Of a DNA stretch of 40,172 nt, positions 27,286 through 38,255 are shown piece after piece; positions within the stretch are counted from its first letter, which is position 1; each line of letters starts with the position of its first letter. Where the stretch lies: positions 1 to 40,172 of the IMG/VR virus record IMGVR_UViG_3300020151_002386; one strand, given 5' to 3'. The stretch comes from a virus. Lineage: Duplodnaviria; Caudoviricetes. A model generated the notes under the pieces. That model did no database searches and was not told where the DNA came from. It saw only the letters and a program-made list of their open reading frames with translations. The position numbers and the translations under genes are program-made.

Positions 27286-30200
27286 TTAAATATTAATGGC
27301 AGTTACGGTGGTTGATTGTTGAGTTGTATTAAATTGGCTACTAATATCATCTATTATTAGTACTCTATTTCCAATAGATTGAGAGTGGTCTTGCAATCTA
27401 GTAGAGTTAAATGCAATTTCATCGGATGAAAGTTGTCCATTCAAATTAAATACATTTGGCTCGTTTCCAAGATCAAAATCATATTTACATTCTAAGTCTA
27501 TAACGGTATTTAGATCAGATATTGCAATGTAGGATCCTTGATCTTGGCTTGTTGATAGTCCGCTAATTCTTGTCGCATCAGATTCTACTGATAAATCTCC
27601 AAATTTTTTAAATCCTACTGTATGAGTAGTGGAATCCACAATTTCGCTCCACTCCTCAAATGGTATTCTAGATTTTACGGAATAAGAAAAATACTGATAA
27701 TAATCATTATCTGATACTCTCTGATTATTTTGGTTTAAAAATCCAATTGTAGTTTGCCAGCCTTTATTTCTAATAGAATAATAATCAATATTGTAATTTG
27801 ATTCTATTTGCATCACTTCTGTTATTTTTCCTATAGATCCAGAAGTTTTTCCTACTAACAAAGAGTCAACATTAAATTTATCTATTGTTTGTATTTTTGC
27901 ATAGCCAGTCTTTTCACTCCAATTATTAACTATTCCATATGAACCATTTGATTCTACTTTTTCATCGACCAAATATGAATTTAATTTAATTGTGGCTTTA
28001 AATTTTGGTATGTTTTTTTCTGGTACAATGGATCCTTTGGAATTTATTGTGTCGTATGTTCCAAATTGTTTATCATTAGACAAAAAGTTAGTCATATTAT
28101 AATACACATAAGCTTTATTATCACCAATTGATGTAGTTATTCCAGTTATTGTGAAATAAGCATATTGATACTCACTCGAATTGTAGCCGATATAACTTGA
28201 TTCAGTTTCTATTATAGATGTATTCTCTACAAATACTTTATCATTTACAGAAATTGGGAATGAATTTATGTCTGTATATTCTTTTTCTAAGTATGCAGTA
28301 ACTCTTTTTAAGAGTGGATCATACGATAAAGAATTTATACCAATTCCATTTGAGTTATTGATAGGTATAATTTTTGGCTCAGCTTTATTAAATCCATTTG
28401 AATTTTTGATTATTAAAACTTCTCCACTAATATAATCAAAATCTAAAATCATATCACTTACAACTTCATTAGTTACTTGATCTATAACCAACAAATCTGG
28501 AGAATAATTATAATCTTTTCCAAGATAAGTACATACTACAGAATCTATAGTAGAAAATGGATCTATCTTGACAATAGTAGGAAAACTTACTGTTGGTCTT
28601 ATTGTTGGATCAATAGAATAACCATAACCAATATCATTTATTTCCGTAGATTTAATTCTTCCAATAGATGAACTAATGGGGAAAACTACAGCATTTTTTC
28701 CATAATTGCTGGTTATTGACGATATTCCAGGTAATTTTTTGTATTTGCTACCACCAGAAATTATTTTTATATCATTTATTCCACCAAGAGCTGTTTTCGA
28801 ATCAGTAAAATATGTTATAGAAGAATTGTTTGTATCGTATTTTACTACTTCTGGTAAATATTGCAATTGATAATCAAATGTCGTAGAACCAATCCCAGTG
28901 ATAGTATAGCTTCCAGAATATTCACTACCAAAAATATTTACTTTATTGGTTTGTTTTAATGTACCATCAATATAAATTTGATTTTTTACTGACGGTAGAC
29001 TGGCATCAATTACTGGATTTAATTTATAATATAATATTGTTGGAGTAACTTCTGTCGTACTCAACTCCAACCTAGCACTACTATCAATACCAACATTTCC
29101 TATTTTAGTGACTTCTAAAATTCCATTTTGATTATAATAATATTTTTCATTGTAGTTTGGATCTTTGTATAAATCAAAACTAAAAGCCGATCTGTATTGA
29201 AGTCCATCATTAAAAGATAAACTAAAATCGGATAAATCAAAAATTACTTTTTGGCCTACTACAATATTTAAATTTGAATTTATTTCCTTCAAGTACCCAG
29301 ACGAAGAAGTACTCACATCAATGGTATTATCGGAAACAAAAGCCCCATAATAATTTTTTGATAGCTTTAATCTATCTTCATCTATTACATTTGCATAATA
29401 AATTAAATCATTATTAAGTTCTGGGGAAGGTAGATTTGAGCTGTAAATTAAAGGTTGTCCAGTATAATAACCGTGATTTGGTATTGTGAATATTCCATTT
29501 GAGGTATTAATTCCAGAAAATTGTTTTTCCCCTGAAATCAATCTCCTGTTTCCATCATTATATTGAATTTTTATTGTAGTTGAAATTCCAGAAATTATAT
29601 TCACATTGACTACATCACCCAAATTTAATCTATGTGTCGATGCGGTAGAAACCGTGGTATTATTTTTTTGTATTTTTGCCTTTAGTGGATTATTATTTAC
29701 CTTGAAGCTGTGATTTTCACTAGTTCCATACCCAACAAAGTATAAAAATGGATTATTGTTTGTTACTGTACTCACATAATTTAAGTCAGTTCCTATTGCT
29801 ACTCTACTACTAGATATACCTATAAAATCATCCGACAATTTAATTGCATATAATGAGTTTATTTGGTTGAGTTGGAATGTAGTAGATCCATTTGAAACTT
29901 GAATTGAACTTCCACCGTTAGCAAAGTAATTTAAATTTGTATTATTTGATAACTTATGGTCTCTTAAGTGCAAATTACCAGGAGAAATCAATATTGAAGT
30001 TGTCCCTATTCCAGAGTAATATACTTCAACTAGAGAACCAGCAGTGGTACCAAAACCAACTACTTTTCTCGGATCAAAATAAATTTCTTTATTTCTATTT
30101 TCTGAGATATTTCCATCAACATAATCAAAATAAAATTTTCTTGTTAATTCTGTTAATTTTGTTGTTGTAGTGTGCGCAGAGCCAGTTGGTTCCCTTAAAA

Positions 30201-33200
30201 CAGTAATTTTTAAATCATTTGGATGTACTCTAAGTATTTTTACTGTTTCTTGTTCTATTTTATAATAATCATTTTCATGGATATATGGTTCATCTAAAAT
30301 TCCAATAACTGAAAAGTCTGTAATAATTCCAGTTTGTGATATGTCTTGTATTTGAGAAGACAAAATTAAAGCATTAGAACTGACACCTATTTGAGAATAT
30401 AGATTTATTTTATTTGGTAATGAAATATCGGAATTTCCAACTATTGATATAAAATCAAGATCTTTCAAAGAATGTGGAGTACTAGAAATCCCAAGAACAG
30501 AAGAAGAATTTTCTATTCTCACCAATTCTACATCAGAAATTGAATAATTATTATTTTTTATTTCTAATACTTCTTTTCCATTTACTGACTTTACCGTTGC
30601 ACTAGCATCACTTCCTTCTGTTCCTAAATTATCAAAATTTATTGTATCCCCTACTGAATAATCTTCTCCAGAAGTCAAAATTCCAACAGAATCCAATGAT
30701 GAATATTCAACAGAAATAATTTTTGAATTTTGATTTATTTCTTTATTGGGGTTGGATACAAAATTATAACTAGAATTTTCAGAGTTAATAGAATAGAAAT
30801 AAGTGTTTCTTAGTAAATTAGTCGAAAAATAATCAAAAGTTTTTTGAGAAACCTTTGGTTGGAAATTGTGGCCTATTGTTTTTGATTTATAATAATTTCC
30901 TATAAAATATGGAAATTCTGGGACAGAATCATCATTAGGAGCTAAAGTTGAGAAGTAAGCATAAGTTCCATTAGGATATTCAGGTGTAATGCAATATCTT
31001 CCATTAAATTCATCTAAATCTCCATTTCCAATATATTCATAATCTTCAATAAAATATCCTATGGGGAAAATAAATTTATCGTTTATTTTTTCTGGCGGTC
31101 TACTGCTAAGGTCTAATGCTGGATTCAATCTATATCCAGATTTCATTTTTCTCACTTTTCCAACAATATCTGGATTATCGTATCCATATGGACCATATAT
31201 TGGATTTCCATCGTATGCCCACCCAATAATTGGAGAATGATATTTTATAGTAGAAGTGGAATTTTGATAATCCGGTCTTACTATGACATTGCCATTTTCA
31301 TCAAAGAATTTTGAATATGTTTTCTGGCGCAACTTATTTGGGCAATAAGTGTGGCAATATTTTATATTATTGTACTCATTAAAATACAACACACCATCAT
31401 CCGGTGAGTTTAAATTATTTGAGTTTAATACTCTAGAAACATAATTTATTTGCCATGATTTTATCTTTGCTTCAAACGCAGCATTTTTTCCATGAGTTAG
31501 TATTTCTACATTAGTGTTTTTTTGCTCATATCCATAGCCACCATTTATGACTATCACTCTTTTTATTTTTCCTTCTTCTAGTACTGGACTCAATATACAT
31601 CCTGTACCAGTTCCTGATACAATCAAATCAGGCATCGAATAATAGTCAGATCCTTCGTTCAATACATAAACTTCTTTTACTACACCATTTAAAATGTTTG
31701 CTTGTAATTGTGCATTTGTTCCAATTTTTATATTAAAATTTGGTTGTTTTCTATAGTTTATTATTTCAGATGAACCATACCCAATTCCGCCATTCTCGAC
31801 ATAGATATTCGTGATGTTTCCTCTGAAAATGGGGATAATTTTTGCTTGATGTGATTCTTTAGAATACGATGAAATACCAATTAATCCATCTAGTTCAACT
31901 GTAATTGGCTCATGTCTAAAATTATGTATTCCTGTTCCGGAATCTATAAAATCTAAAAATTGATTTGTTTTGAAATATGCATCTTTTGCCGTCGAACCAA
32001 CACCAACCGGACATATTTGGAATTCATTATCATTTACTGTATTCACATAATATGTTGAAGAGTTGAATCCTATTGGATTTGTTCCAGTACAAGTATAGAT
32101 CACAATATCACCAGTCAAATAACCATGATTATTTGCTATGATGGTATTTTTATGTGTGTTTATTCCAGAAGAAGTTATAGAAACATAGTTATTTCTATAA
32201 TTTTTCCCTGGGTCAATAACAGAAATAGAACCAATTTTTGATTTTTTCTGTTTTGCTACTATTTTTTGTGTTCCAGTTCCATATGTAGTGAGATTTATTT
32301 CAATGTTAGATAAAGCATCTGTTTTTGTTTTATGTAATTTTATTGTATAGCCATTTTCTACAGTTGCAATATATGTGGAAGAATTGGTCAGTCCCCCAAT
32401 CGCAGTATTTCCATTTGTTTGATATATTATTTCCTCATAATCTCTAAATTTATGATAAGTAGAAAATGATATAGTATTATTACTTAAATTGACGAAATTA
32501 ATAGAAGGTGCAAATTGAATTTCGTGAGTAAATGCAACTAAATTTGCTTTTGCTTGAGCTCCTGAGCCATTTCCACCCAATATTTTTATTTTTGGCTCTT
32601 CGATGTAATCAAATCCACCATCCAATAAATTGATTTTTTCTAATATACCGTTAACTTCTGGGTATACTTTTCCAATATTAGTTGTTGATAATCCAGAAGA
32701 AACTTCTATTATAGGTAAATTTACTACATCATAATCTTCTCCATTAGAAACTATATTGACCTCTTCTATATTTCCATAATATACAAAATCATTTGTTTTG
32801 TAATTTAATATTTCTACCCCATTCATCAAAATACCAGTTGTTCCTGGCATTGTTTTTTCCAATGTTGTTGCTTTTTCTGGTAATGTTATTTTTTTTATCA
32901 GATCAGTATTTTTTAGTTTTTTTAACTGGTTTGATTCTGTTAAATAATTTTTTGGGTACAGTCCTCCAGAAATCTGAGAATTGATTTTTTCCCATGCATT
33001 TTCTTTGTAGCTATAATACCAAACTTCTATATTTTTTGCATCATCAAATACGATAACAAACTCATTTTTCTGAGAAAAATAATTACTGGATAATAACTCT
33101 ATTTTGTCTAAATCAGAATATAATATTTCCTTTAAATTTCTAGAAGAATATATTCTATTAAATGTAATTGGACTATATCTCAAAAAGTATATGTCTGATC

Positions 33201-35160
33201 TATTTTTAAATAGTCTTAGCTCGTCATCCTCTACATTTTCTGTATAATATGTCTCATTTTGATTCAATCCAGAAAAAATATTGAGATTGATTGTATCACC
33301 ATTTTTTAATGTATATGTATTTGGGGTCTGCACATAGACAACAGAATCTCCATTTTTGAAATCATGATTTTTTTCTAATTTTATTGGTAAATTAGAATTA
33401 TTCAATATTGTAGAAATACCAACTTTGGAGTCTTCTATTGGTTGTAATGTACCAAAAATGTCAATGGAAAAATTTCTCTTTTCTATATTCGGATCAATAT
33501 AATCTGGTATTCCCTGAGAAGTAACATAAACATTATTTTGTATATCGCCGTATACATTTTGTACATTATTAATGATTTCATTATATGATCTTAATTTTTT
33601 TCTTACATAATATATTTTTGAAATGTTATACTGGGTCGAAACATAAAATGATTTTTTGTCTTGTGATATTTGAATTACAGAAAATTCATCTTCTTTTATT
33701 TTTTGGTCATTAACATCAAAAAATTGAATATATACCTCATCTAAAGGATTTATGAAATTGACATCATAAGTAAAAATTAGAAGTTGATCTAGACCAAATT
33801 TTTCAAATTTACTTACCAAATGTGTATTTGGGACATCCAAAATCCAATCATTATATCTAAAATTATCATATACTTTACCTAAACTTTTAAAATTTATTGT
33901 TTCTCCATTTTCATGGTACTTGCTACCAGAAAAACTATTCAAATCTTTTATTACACCGAGAATCCTTACTCTCACTTCTTCATCATTGACAAAGGAGTAT
34001 GCATAAACATTCAAGCATACTTCCTCTGCAATGTCGATATTTTCTTCGATATTGCAATCAATGAATTGATTATTATTTTTGGAGTAGTAGGAAATGATCA
34101 AATCATTTCCTTGTGAACTTTTTACTATAAGTTCTCCACTGTTTGGGAATCCTATAGTAGAATCCACTGTCAATGAATTGGATTTTATTTTTGTATAATT
34201 TAATGTTTTTGTTTTTGGATGTATAGAAAAATCGCCAAAGATACTTCCTCTAACATTTACATCTTTATCATAATCATAATCCAAACTTAAAATATAGTAT
34301 TTCTTTTGATCTCTTATGATTTCTTCTACATTCGTGACTGTAGCAAAAGCTTCAGGTAGTCCCTGAGATTGTTTTTGAAATAATGTACGATTATATAATT
34401 CTATAGGATTTCCTATTATTTGTTCTACAACTATATCTTTTGTTATTTTATAATTTGCGTCTGAAGGTCTAATGAGGAAATCTCTAGGTTTTATTACCTT
34501 AGCTAAATCACCATATATTGCTTTAAATAGTATCTCAAAAGATCCATCAGTTCCTTTTGTTGAATAAAAATCTTTTGAATGTATAATAAAATTCTTTTCG
34601 TTTATTTTTTTATCGTCATCTTTATATAACTCTCTATTCTCAAATCCTGGTATAAGTTGTTTTTTTAATTTGGTAAAAAATTCCTTTAAAAATAATACAC
34701 TTAAATTTTCTACTACAGTGTCTTTTTGGTGTTCACTGCTAGATGATTCGGAAAAAACTAATTCTTCTGGATTGTTGGGATTTTTATACGAAGTTACGCC
34801 ACTGAATCCTCTGCTACACTCAAGAAATGCTGTTGAATTTTTTGTTTTATAATAGATAATCTCTTCATTTATTTTTATAATTCCATTGTTTTCTGGGAAT
34901 CCTTCTGTTGAAGATACTAATATTTCATTTGATATTAAATCTAGATTAGAAGTGAGAGTAGTGGATTCGATTAAATTTGTTATGTAATCTAATTTTACAT
35001 ATTGATCTATATTCTGTAAAATGTCATATACAGATCCACTATTATCCAATGATTTGTAATATTCAGATATAAATTGAGATATTAAAGGATACTCTTCTCT
35101 AACATATAGAGGAAATTGAGTATCTACAATGGATGATATTTTGACTCTTTTAATTGACAT
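27286..35160 (-). CDS. gp7: Baseplate wedge initiator, giant cyanophage-type
   Basis: QFPLYVREEYPLISQFISEYY, KDFYSTKGTDGSFEILFKAIYG, DNDYYQYFSYSVKS..W...V...HTVGFKKFGD; TAATG overlap with gp6; contains a YHYH-family-like segment. Confidence 0.85.
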   Translation of the reverse strand: MSIKRVKISSIVDTQFPLYVREEYPLISQFISEYYKSLDNSGSVYDILQNIDQYVKLDYITNLIESTTLTSNLDLISNEILVSSTEGFPENNGIIKINEEIIYYKTKNSTAFLECSRGFSGVTSYKNPNNPEELVFSESSSSEHQKDTVVENLSVLFLKEFFTKLKKQLIPGFENRELYKDDDKKINEKNFIIHSKDFYSTKGTDGSFEILFKAIYGDLAKVIKPRDFLIRPSDANYKITKDIVVEQIIGNPIELYNRTLFQKQSQGLPEAFATVTNVEEIIRDQKKYYILSLDYDYDKDVNVRGSIFGDFSIHPKTKTLNYTKIKSNSLTVDSTIGFPNSGELIVKSSQGNDLIISYYSKNNNQFIDCNIEENIDIAEEVCLNVYAYSFVNDEEVRVRILGVIKDLNSFSGSKYHENGETINFKSLGKVYDNFRYNDWILDVPNTHLVSKFEKFGLDQLLIFTYDVNFINPLDEVYIQFFDVNDQKIKEDEFSVIQISQDKKSFYVSTQYNISKIYYVRKKLRSYNEIINNVQNVYGDIQNNVYVTSQGIPDYIDPNIEKRNFSIDIFGTLQPIEDSKVGISTILNNSNLPIKLEKNHDFKNGDSVVYVQTPNTYTLKNGDTINLNIFSGLNQNETYYTENVEDDELRLFKNRSDIYFLRYSPITFNRIYSSRNLKEILYSDLDKIELLSSNYFSQKNEFVIVFDDAKNIEVWYYSYKENAWEKINSQISGGLYPKNYLTESNQLKKLKNTDLIKKITLPEKATTLEKTMPGTTGILMNGVEILNYKTNDFVYYGNIEEVNIVSNGEDYDVVNLPIIEVSSGLSTTNIGKVYPEVNGILEKINLLDGGFDYIEEPKIKILGGNGSGAQAKANLVAFTHEIQFAPSINFVNLSNNTISFSTYHKFRDYEEIIYQTNGNTAIGGLTNSSTYIATVENGYTIKLHKTKTDALSNIEINLTTYGTGTQKIVAKQKKSKIGSISVIDPGKNYRNNYVSITSSGINTHKNTIIANNHGYLTGDIVIYTCTGTNPIGFNSSTYYVNTVNDNEFQICPVGVGSTAKDAYFKTNQFLDFIDSGTGIHNFRHEPITVELDGLIGISSYSKESHQAKIIPIFRGNITNIYVENGGIGYGSSEIINYRKQPNFNIKIGTNAQLQANILNGVVKEVYVLNEGSDYYSMPDLIVSGTGTGCILSPVLEEGKIKRVIVINGGYGYEQKNTNVEILTHGKNAAFEAKIKSWQINYVSRVLNSNNLNSPDDGVLYFNEYNNIKYCHTYCPNKLRQKTYSKFFDENGNVIVRPDYQNSTSTIKYHSPIIGWAYDGNPIYGPYGYDNPDIVGKVRKMKSGYRLNPALDLSSRPPEKINDKFIFPIGYFIEDYEYIGNGDLDEFNGRYCITPEYPNGTYAYFSTLAPNDDSVPEFPYFIGNYYKSKTIGHNFQPKVSQKTFDYFSTNLLRNTYFYSINSENSSYNFVSNPNKEINQNSKIISVEYSSLDSVGILTSGEDYSVGDTINFDNLGTEGSDASATVKSVNGKEVLEIKNNNYSISDVELVRIENSSSVLGISSTPHSLKDLDFISIVGNSDISLPNKINLYSQIGVSSNALILSSQIQDISQTGIITDFSVIGILDEPYIHENDYYKIEQETVKILRVHPNDLKITVLREPTGSAHTTTTKLTELTRKFYFDYVDGNISENRNKEIYFDPRKVVGFGTTAGSLVEVYYSGIGTTSILISPGNLHLRDHKLSNNTNLNYFANGGSSIQVSNGSTTFQLNQINSLYAIKLSDDFIGISSSRVAIGTDLNYVSTVTNNNPFLYFVGYGTSENHSFKVNNNPLKAKIQKNNTTVSTASTHRLNLGDVVNVNIISGISTTIKIQYNDGNRRLISGEKQFSGINTSNGIFTIPNHGYYTGQPLIYSSNLPSPELNNDLIYYANVIDEDRLKLSKNYYGAFVSDNTIDVSTSSSGYLKEINSNLNIVVGQKVIFDLSDFSLSFNDGLQYRSAFSFDLYKDPNYNEKYYYNQNGILEVTKIGNVGIDSSARLELSTTEVTPTILYYKLNPVIDASLPSVKNQIYIDGTLKQTNKVNIFGSEYSGSYTITGIGSTTFDYQLQYLPEVVKYDTNNSSITYFTDSKTALGGINDIKIISGGSKYKKLPGISSITSNYGKNAVVFPISSSIGRIKSTEINDIGYGYSIDPTIRPTVSFPTIVKIDPFSTIDSVVCTYLGKDYNYSPDLLVIDQVTNEVVSDMILDFDYISGEVLIIKNSNGFNKAEPKIIPINNSNGIGINSLSYDPLLKRVTAYLEKEYTDINSFPISVNDKVFVENTSIIETESSYIGYNSSEYQYAYFTITGITTSIGDNKAYVYYNMTNFLSNDKQFGTYDTINSKGSIVPEKNIPKFKATIKLNSYLVDEKVESNGSYGIVNNWSEKTGYAKIQTIDKFNVDSLLVGKTSGSIGKITEVMQIESNYNIDYYSIRNKGWQTTIGFLNQNNQRVSDNDYYQYFSYSVKSRIPFEEWSEIVDSTTHTVGFKKFGDLSVESDATRISGLSTSQDQGSYIAISDLNTVIDLECKYDFDLGNEPNVFNLNGQLSSDEIAFNSTRLQDHSQSIGNRVLIIDDISSQFNTTQQSTTVTAINI

Positions 35161-37076
35161 TACTTTCTTACTAGATTATTTTCTGTGTAGCTCAAAGACG
35201 AAATATAGCGAGAACCAGATATGTCTTCGCCAGACGAAATTTGATCTGCAATCATGTTTACTGTTGCATTATTAATATCTAGTTGTAAATATAAATCCTG
35301 TAATCCGATTACATCATTTGACCTCGGAATTGCAGAAAACTGTATAATTGGGTTTCCACCAAAATCTTTACTTGTAGATATGACCTCCAAAGGAGAAATG
35401 TTTATCTCTCCTTTAAAGTAATCTATTGTCCCAATATTTCGTCTCAATATTTGTGGTTCTTGTGATCCGATCAATTTAAATAAGACTAATTCTCCAAATT
35501 CCTTATTATTTTGGTATGGAATGTCAGAAATATAAACTGTATCTGAAAAATCACTAATTTTAAATCCTGATGTTTGAATATTATATCCATCACAATTTTT
35601 TACAAAGAATGAATTACCAAAACATATTTCATATACTGTTGGTTGATATAATAATACAAAAAGATCTCTGCGAATCTTGATTCTTGTAATATTCGATGTT
35701 ATTGCGGGATTACTTTCATCAATCAACTTTTGATATTTACTATATTTAAATCTAGATCCATATTGATTAAGATCATTTGATTTTGAGTATAAGGTTATGT
35801 TTTCTGTAATTTGTGTTGATATGTCATTTACATTTGAGGTTAAATTTTTATTGTAGTAAACATCGGAATCTGTTTCTATGTAAAGGTATTTTAAATCGAT
35901 AATTTGCGGTAAAATTCCTGCAACACTGTATTTTTTCAATTCATTGAGTATATTGTCTTTTATTGTGTTTGACAAAAAAGTACCATTATATTTTGGTTTT
36001 ATGGCTATAAAAACTTTACCATATTGTGGTGGATTTAACTCTTCGCCACCATATGCACATACAGATTCTGTCTCTGGATATATCTTTGCTATAATTGATT
36101 CATAATCTGATGAAGTCACAGCTCTATTATACGCAGAGTATAATCTTGGAGCATATTTTTTTATTGAGCTAATAGACTCTTTTTCCAGCCCACCATCAGA
36201 AATTGCGTTTACTGTTATTAATGAAACTTCACCATTTAACACAGAATTTGTATCATCTGTGATTTTTCCTATGAAATTAAATGAAGAAATCCTATTTGCC
36301 TCATCAGCATTTGAAATCAAATATGAAACTTCTATTATATTTCCAGATTCTAGTTTTTGGCCAAATATACCATCACCAAATATTAATTCATATCTTTCGT
36401 CTTCTACTTCTTGTAAGAAATATACTTTAGAATTTTGATTTATTCCAATGATATTTTCAGACAATACAAATGGTCTTCTCACTGAGCTTTGCTGCGAGTC
36501 CCTTACTGTAATGCCAATCGTTGAGGTATCAATATTTGCATTGTTTAAAATAAATTTTTGATTTGGATTTAAAGAATCAGCCAAAAAGTTGGAGACCATA
36601 TAGGTTCCTTCATAAATGGTAATGTTTTCAAATAGTGCTACATTATCTACCACAGGAACAGTTATATCATCTAATATGCAAAAGGTATAACTATTCGAAT
36701 ATATGTTTACCGGAGATGTACAAATTACTCCTTTTTTTAAGGTTAGGTACCTTGGGATTTTTGTGCTGGCGGATAAATCTACAAAGAAACTTATATTTGC
36801 TTTTGCTGAAGTTCTAGATTTTGGTAGATATCCTATATTTTTTGCTAAAGATACAACATTTTCTCTAAGTGTTGCAGAGTCAATAAAAACTTCATTGCTA
36901 ACCATATTAGCATTATATGAAGCAATGTAAGTATTATATGCCAGTACATCTATAATAGTAGAAAGATTAGATCCTTCAAAGTCATAATCAGTAAAATTAG
37001 AGTTTGATCTTAGATAATCTCTAATTGAAATTTTAATTTGATCAAAATCTAGATTGGTGAAATTTACTAAGGACAT
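35160..37076 (-). CDS. gp6: Baseplate wedge subunit
   Basis: LDFDQIKISIRDYL, FTDYDFEGSNLSTIIDVLAYNT, FIDSATLRENVVSLAKNIGY, FGDGIFG, NRAVTSSDYE, PPQYGKVFIAIKP. Confidence 0.96.
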   Translation of the reverse strand: MSLVNFTNLDFDQIKISIRDYLRSNSNFTDYDFEGSNLSTIIDVLAYNTYIASYNANMVSNEVFIDSATLRENVVSLAKNIGYLPKSRTSAKANISFFVDLSASTKIPRYLTLKKGVICTSPVNIYSNSYTFCILDDITVPVVDNVALFENITIYEGTYMVSNFLADSLNPNQKFILNNANIDTSTIGITVRDSQQSSVRRPFVLSENIIGINQNSKVYFLQEVEDERYELIFGDGIFGQKLESGNIIEVSYLISNADEANRISSFNFIGKITDDTNSVLNGEVSLITVNAISDGGLEKESISSIKKYAPRLYSAYNRAVTSSDYESIIAKIYPETESVCAYGGEELNPPQYGKVFIAIKPKYNGTFLSNTIKDNILNELKKYSVAGILPQIIDLKYLYIETDSDVYYNKNLTSNVNDISTQITENITLYSKSNDLNQYGSRFKYSKYQKLIDESNPAITSNITRIKIRRDLFVLLYQPTVYEICFGNSFFVKNCDGYNIQTSGFKISDFSDTVYISDIPYQNNKEFGELVLFKLIGSQEPQILRRNIGTIDYFKGEINISPLEVISTSKDFGGNPIIQFSAIPRSNDVIGLQDLYLQLDINNATVNMIADQISSGEDISGSRYISSLSYTENNLVRK

Positions 37077-37478
37077 TTATCTTGTTGGTAATAGTGCAAA
37101 TGATAACTGTTGTGGTAATGCATCAATACCTATGATGTCATATGTAATAGTAATATCAAATTGATTCTGATCATAGTCTGGATTGACTTCTACTGACCTC
37201 AAATTCACTCTTGGTTCATAATTATTGATTGTAGTTTTTATTTCATCTTGAATGCTTGCAGCAGTCAGATCATCGGTACTCTCAAAAAGTAATTTATTCA
37301 CATTAGATCCAAGATTTTGATTGAAAAATCTTTCGCCTGGGAGAGTTAATACTAGATTTCTGACAGATCTTGCTATTGCGGTTTCATTTTTAATGCCAAT
37401 GAGGTCATAAGTAAGAGGATTTACTTGAAATGACATGCTAATGTCTTTAAATTCTTTACTTATTCGTTCTATTGGCAT
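37077..37478 (-). CDS. gp25: Baseplate wedge subunit (GPW/gp25 family)
   Basis: AIARSVRNLVLTLPGERFFNQNLGS, LFE, INNYEPRVNL; abuts gp6. Confidence 0.95.
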   Translation of the reverse strand: MPIERISKEFKDISMSFQVNPLTYDLIGIKNETAIARSVRNLVLTLPGERFFNQNLGSNVNKLLFESTDDLTAASIQDEIKTTINNYEPRVNLRSVEVNPDYDQNQFDITITYDIIGIDALPQQLSFALLPTR

Positions 37479-37498
37479 TTATTTTGTGTTTTTCTATC

Positions 37499-37759
37499 TT
37501 ATTTATTCACATTTTTGGATTCATATAGGGGCTCTGTTCCATATTCCCAATCATCATAGTCATCATCATTGCGAATAATCGAATGTAACTCATTTTGTGC
37601 GACAAAATCGTGTTTTTTGGGAGTCAACTCATCATTTGAGATCTCACGGAGCATTTTTTGTCTTTCGAGTTTGCTTTCCCACCCATAATCACTTGATAAG
37701 TATTCAGTTCCCCACATATTCATCATATATTCTCTGTCTTTGTCTACTTTTTTGGTCAT
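37499..37759 (-). CDS. Hypothetical acidic protein (86 aa)
   Basis: Co-oriented ORF filling the gap upstream of gp25, purine-rich AAGAG before ATG. Confidence 0.75.
   Translation of the reverse strand: MTKKVDKDREYMMNMWGTEYLSSDYGWESKLERQKMLREISNDELTPKKHDFVAQNELHSIIRNDDDYDDWEYGTEPLYESKNVNK
37500..37507 (-). promoter_or_regulatory. T4-type late promoter (AATAAATA) for gp25
   Basis: Encoded by last codons AAT AAA TAA of the upstream ORF, 22 nt before gp25 ATG. Confidence 0.65.
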
Positions 37760-37763
37760 TTTT

Positions 37764-37811
37764 GCTCTTGATTAGTGAAAATCAGAACTTTTTATGGGGT
37801 TACTATCCCAT
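37764..37811 (-). promoter_or_regulatory. Twin-hairpin leader, candidate cis-regulatory RNA
   Basis: ATGGG-ATAGTAAC-CCCAT, AAAAA linker, GTTCTGATT-TTCACT-AATCAAGAGC, then AAAA and ATG 37759. Confidence 0.45.
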
Positions 37812-38255
37812 GTCAATCAAATCGTAGTCATCTTCCAATATTTCTTTTAAATATTCGGCATCCCAAAGAGAATAGTACTCTGTTTTTGCTAATTTTTCTC
37901 TAAATTTTCTTAATTTCTCATTCGGTTGAGCTAAAATTAAGTTATATCTACCATTATTTGTTTTGATTCCATTAATATAAGTGTCATATGTTGCACAGTC
38001 CTCAAAAAATTTCCAAGATTCATACTTTTTATTGTAAAATTTCACCCAACTTTGAATTTGATCCAGATTTAGATCATCTTCAACAATAAAAATAATTACA
38101 TCATATCCTTCAACGGGTACTATATTCTTCACATCAATATCTATAATCTCATAAAGGGCCAATCGGGCATAAGGACACACAGCAAACCCACCCAATTCCG
38201 GACGGATCTTAGAAATTTCCTTAATCCAGTTTAAAATATAATCTTTTTTAGACAT
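37803..38255 (-). CDS. Hypothetical protein with W...CPYA motif (DUF1415-like N-terminus, tentative)
   Basis: ILNWIKEISKIRPELGGFAVCPYAR; start placed at the second ATG (MSKKD) because ATG 38270 lies inside a terminator-like hairpin. Confidence 0.75.
   Translation of the reverse strand: MSKKDYILNWIKEISKIRPELGGFAVCPYARLALYEIIDIDVKNIVPVEGYDVIIFIVEDDLNLDQIQSWVKFYNKKYESWKFFEDCATYDTYINGIKTNNGRYNLILAQPNEKLRKFREKLAKTEYYSLWDAEYLKEILEDDYDLIDMG

Noticed and set aside
27286-27288. Genome-wide stop codon reassignment
   Set aside because: TAA, TGA and TAG all end genes at expected positions and conserved genes are full length in the standard code
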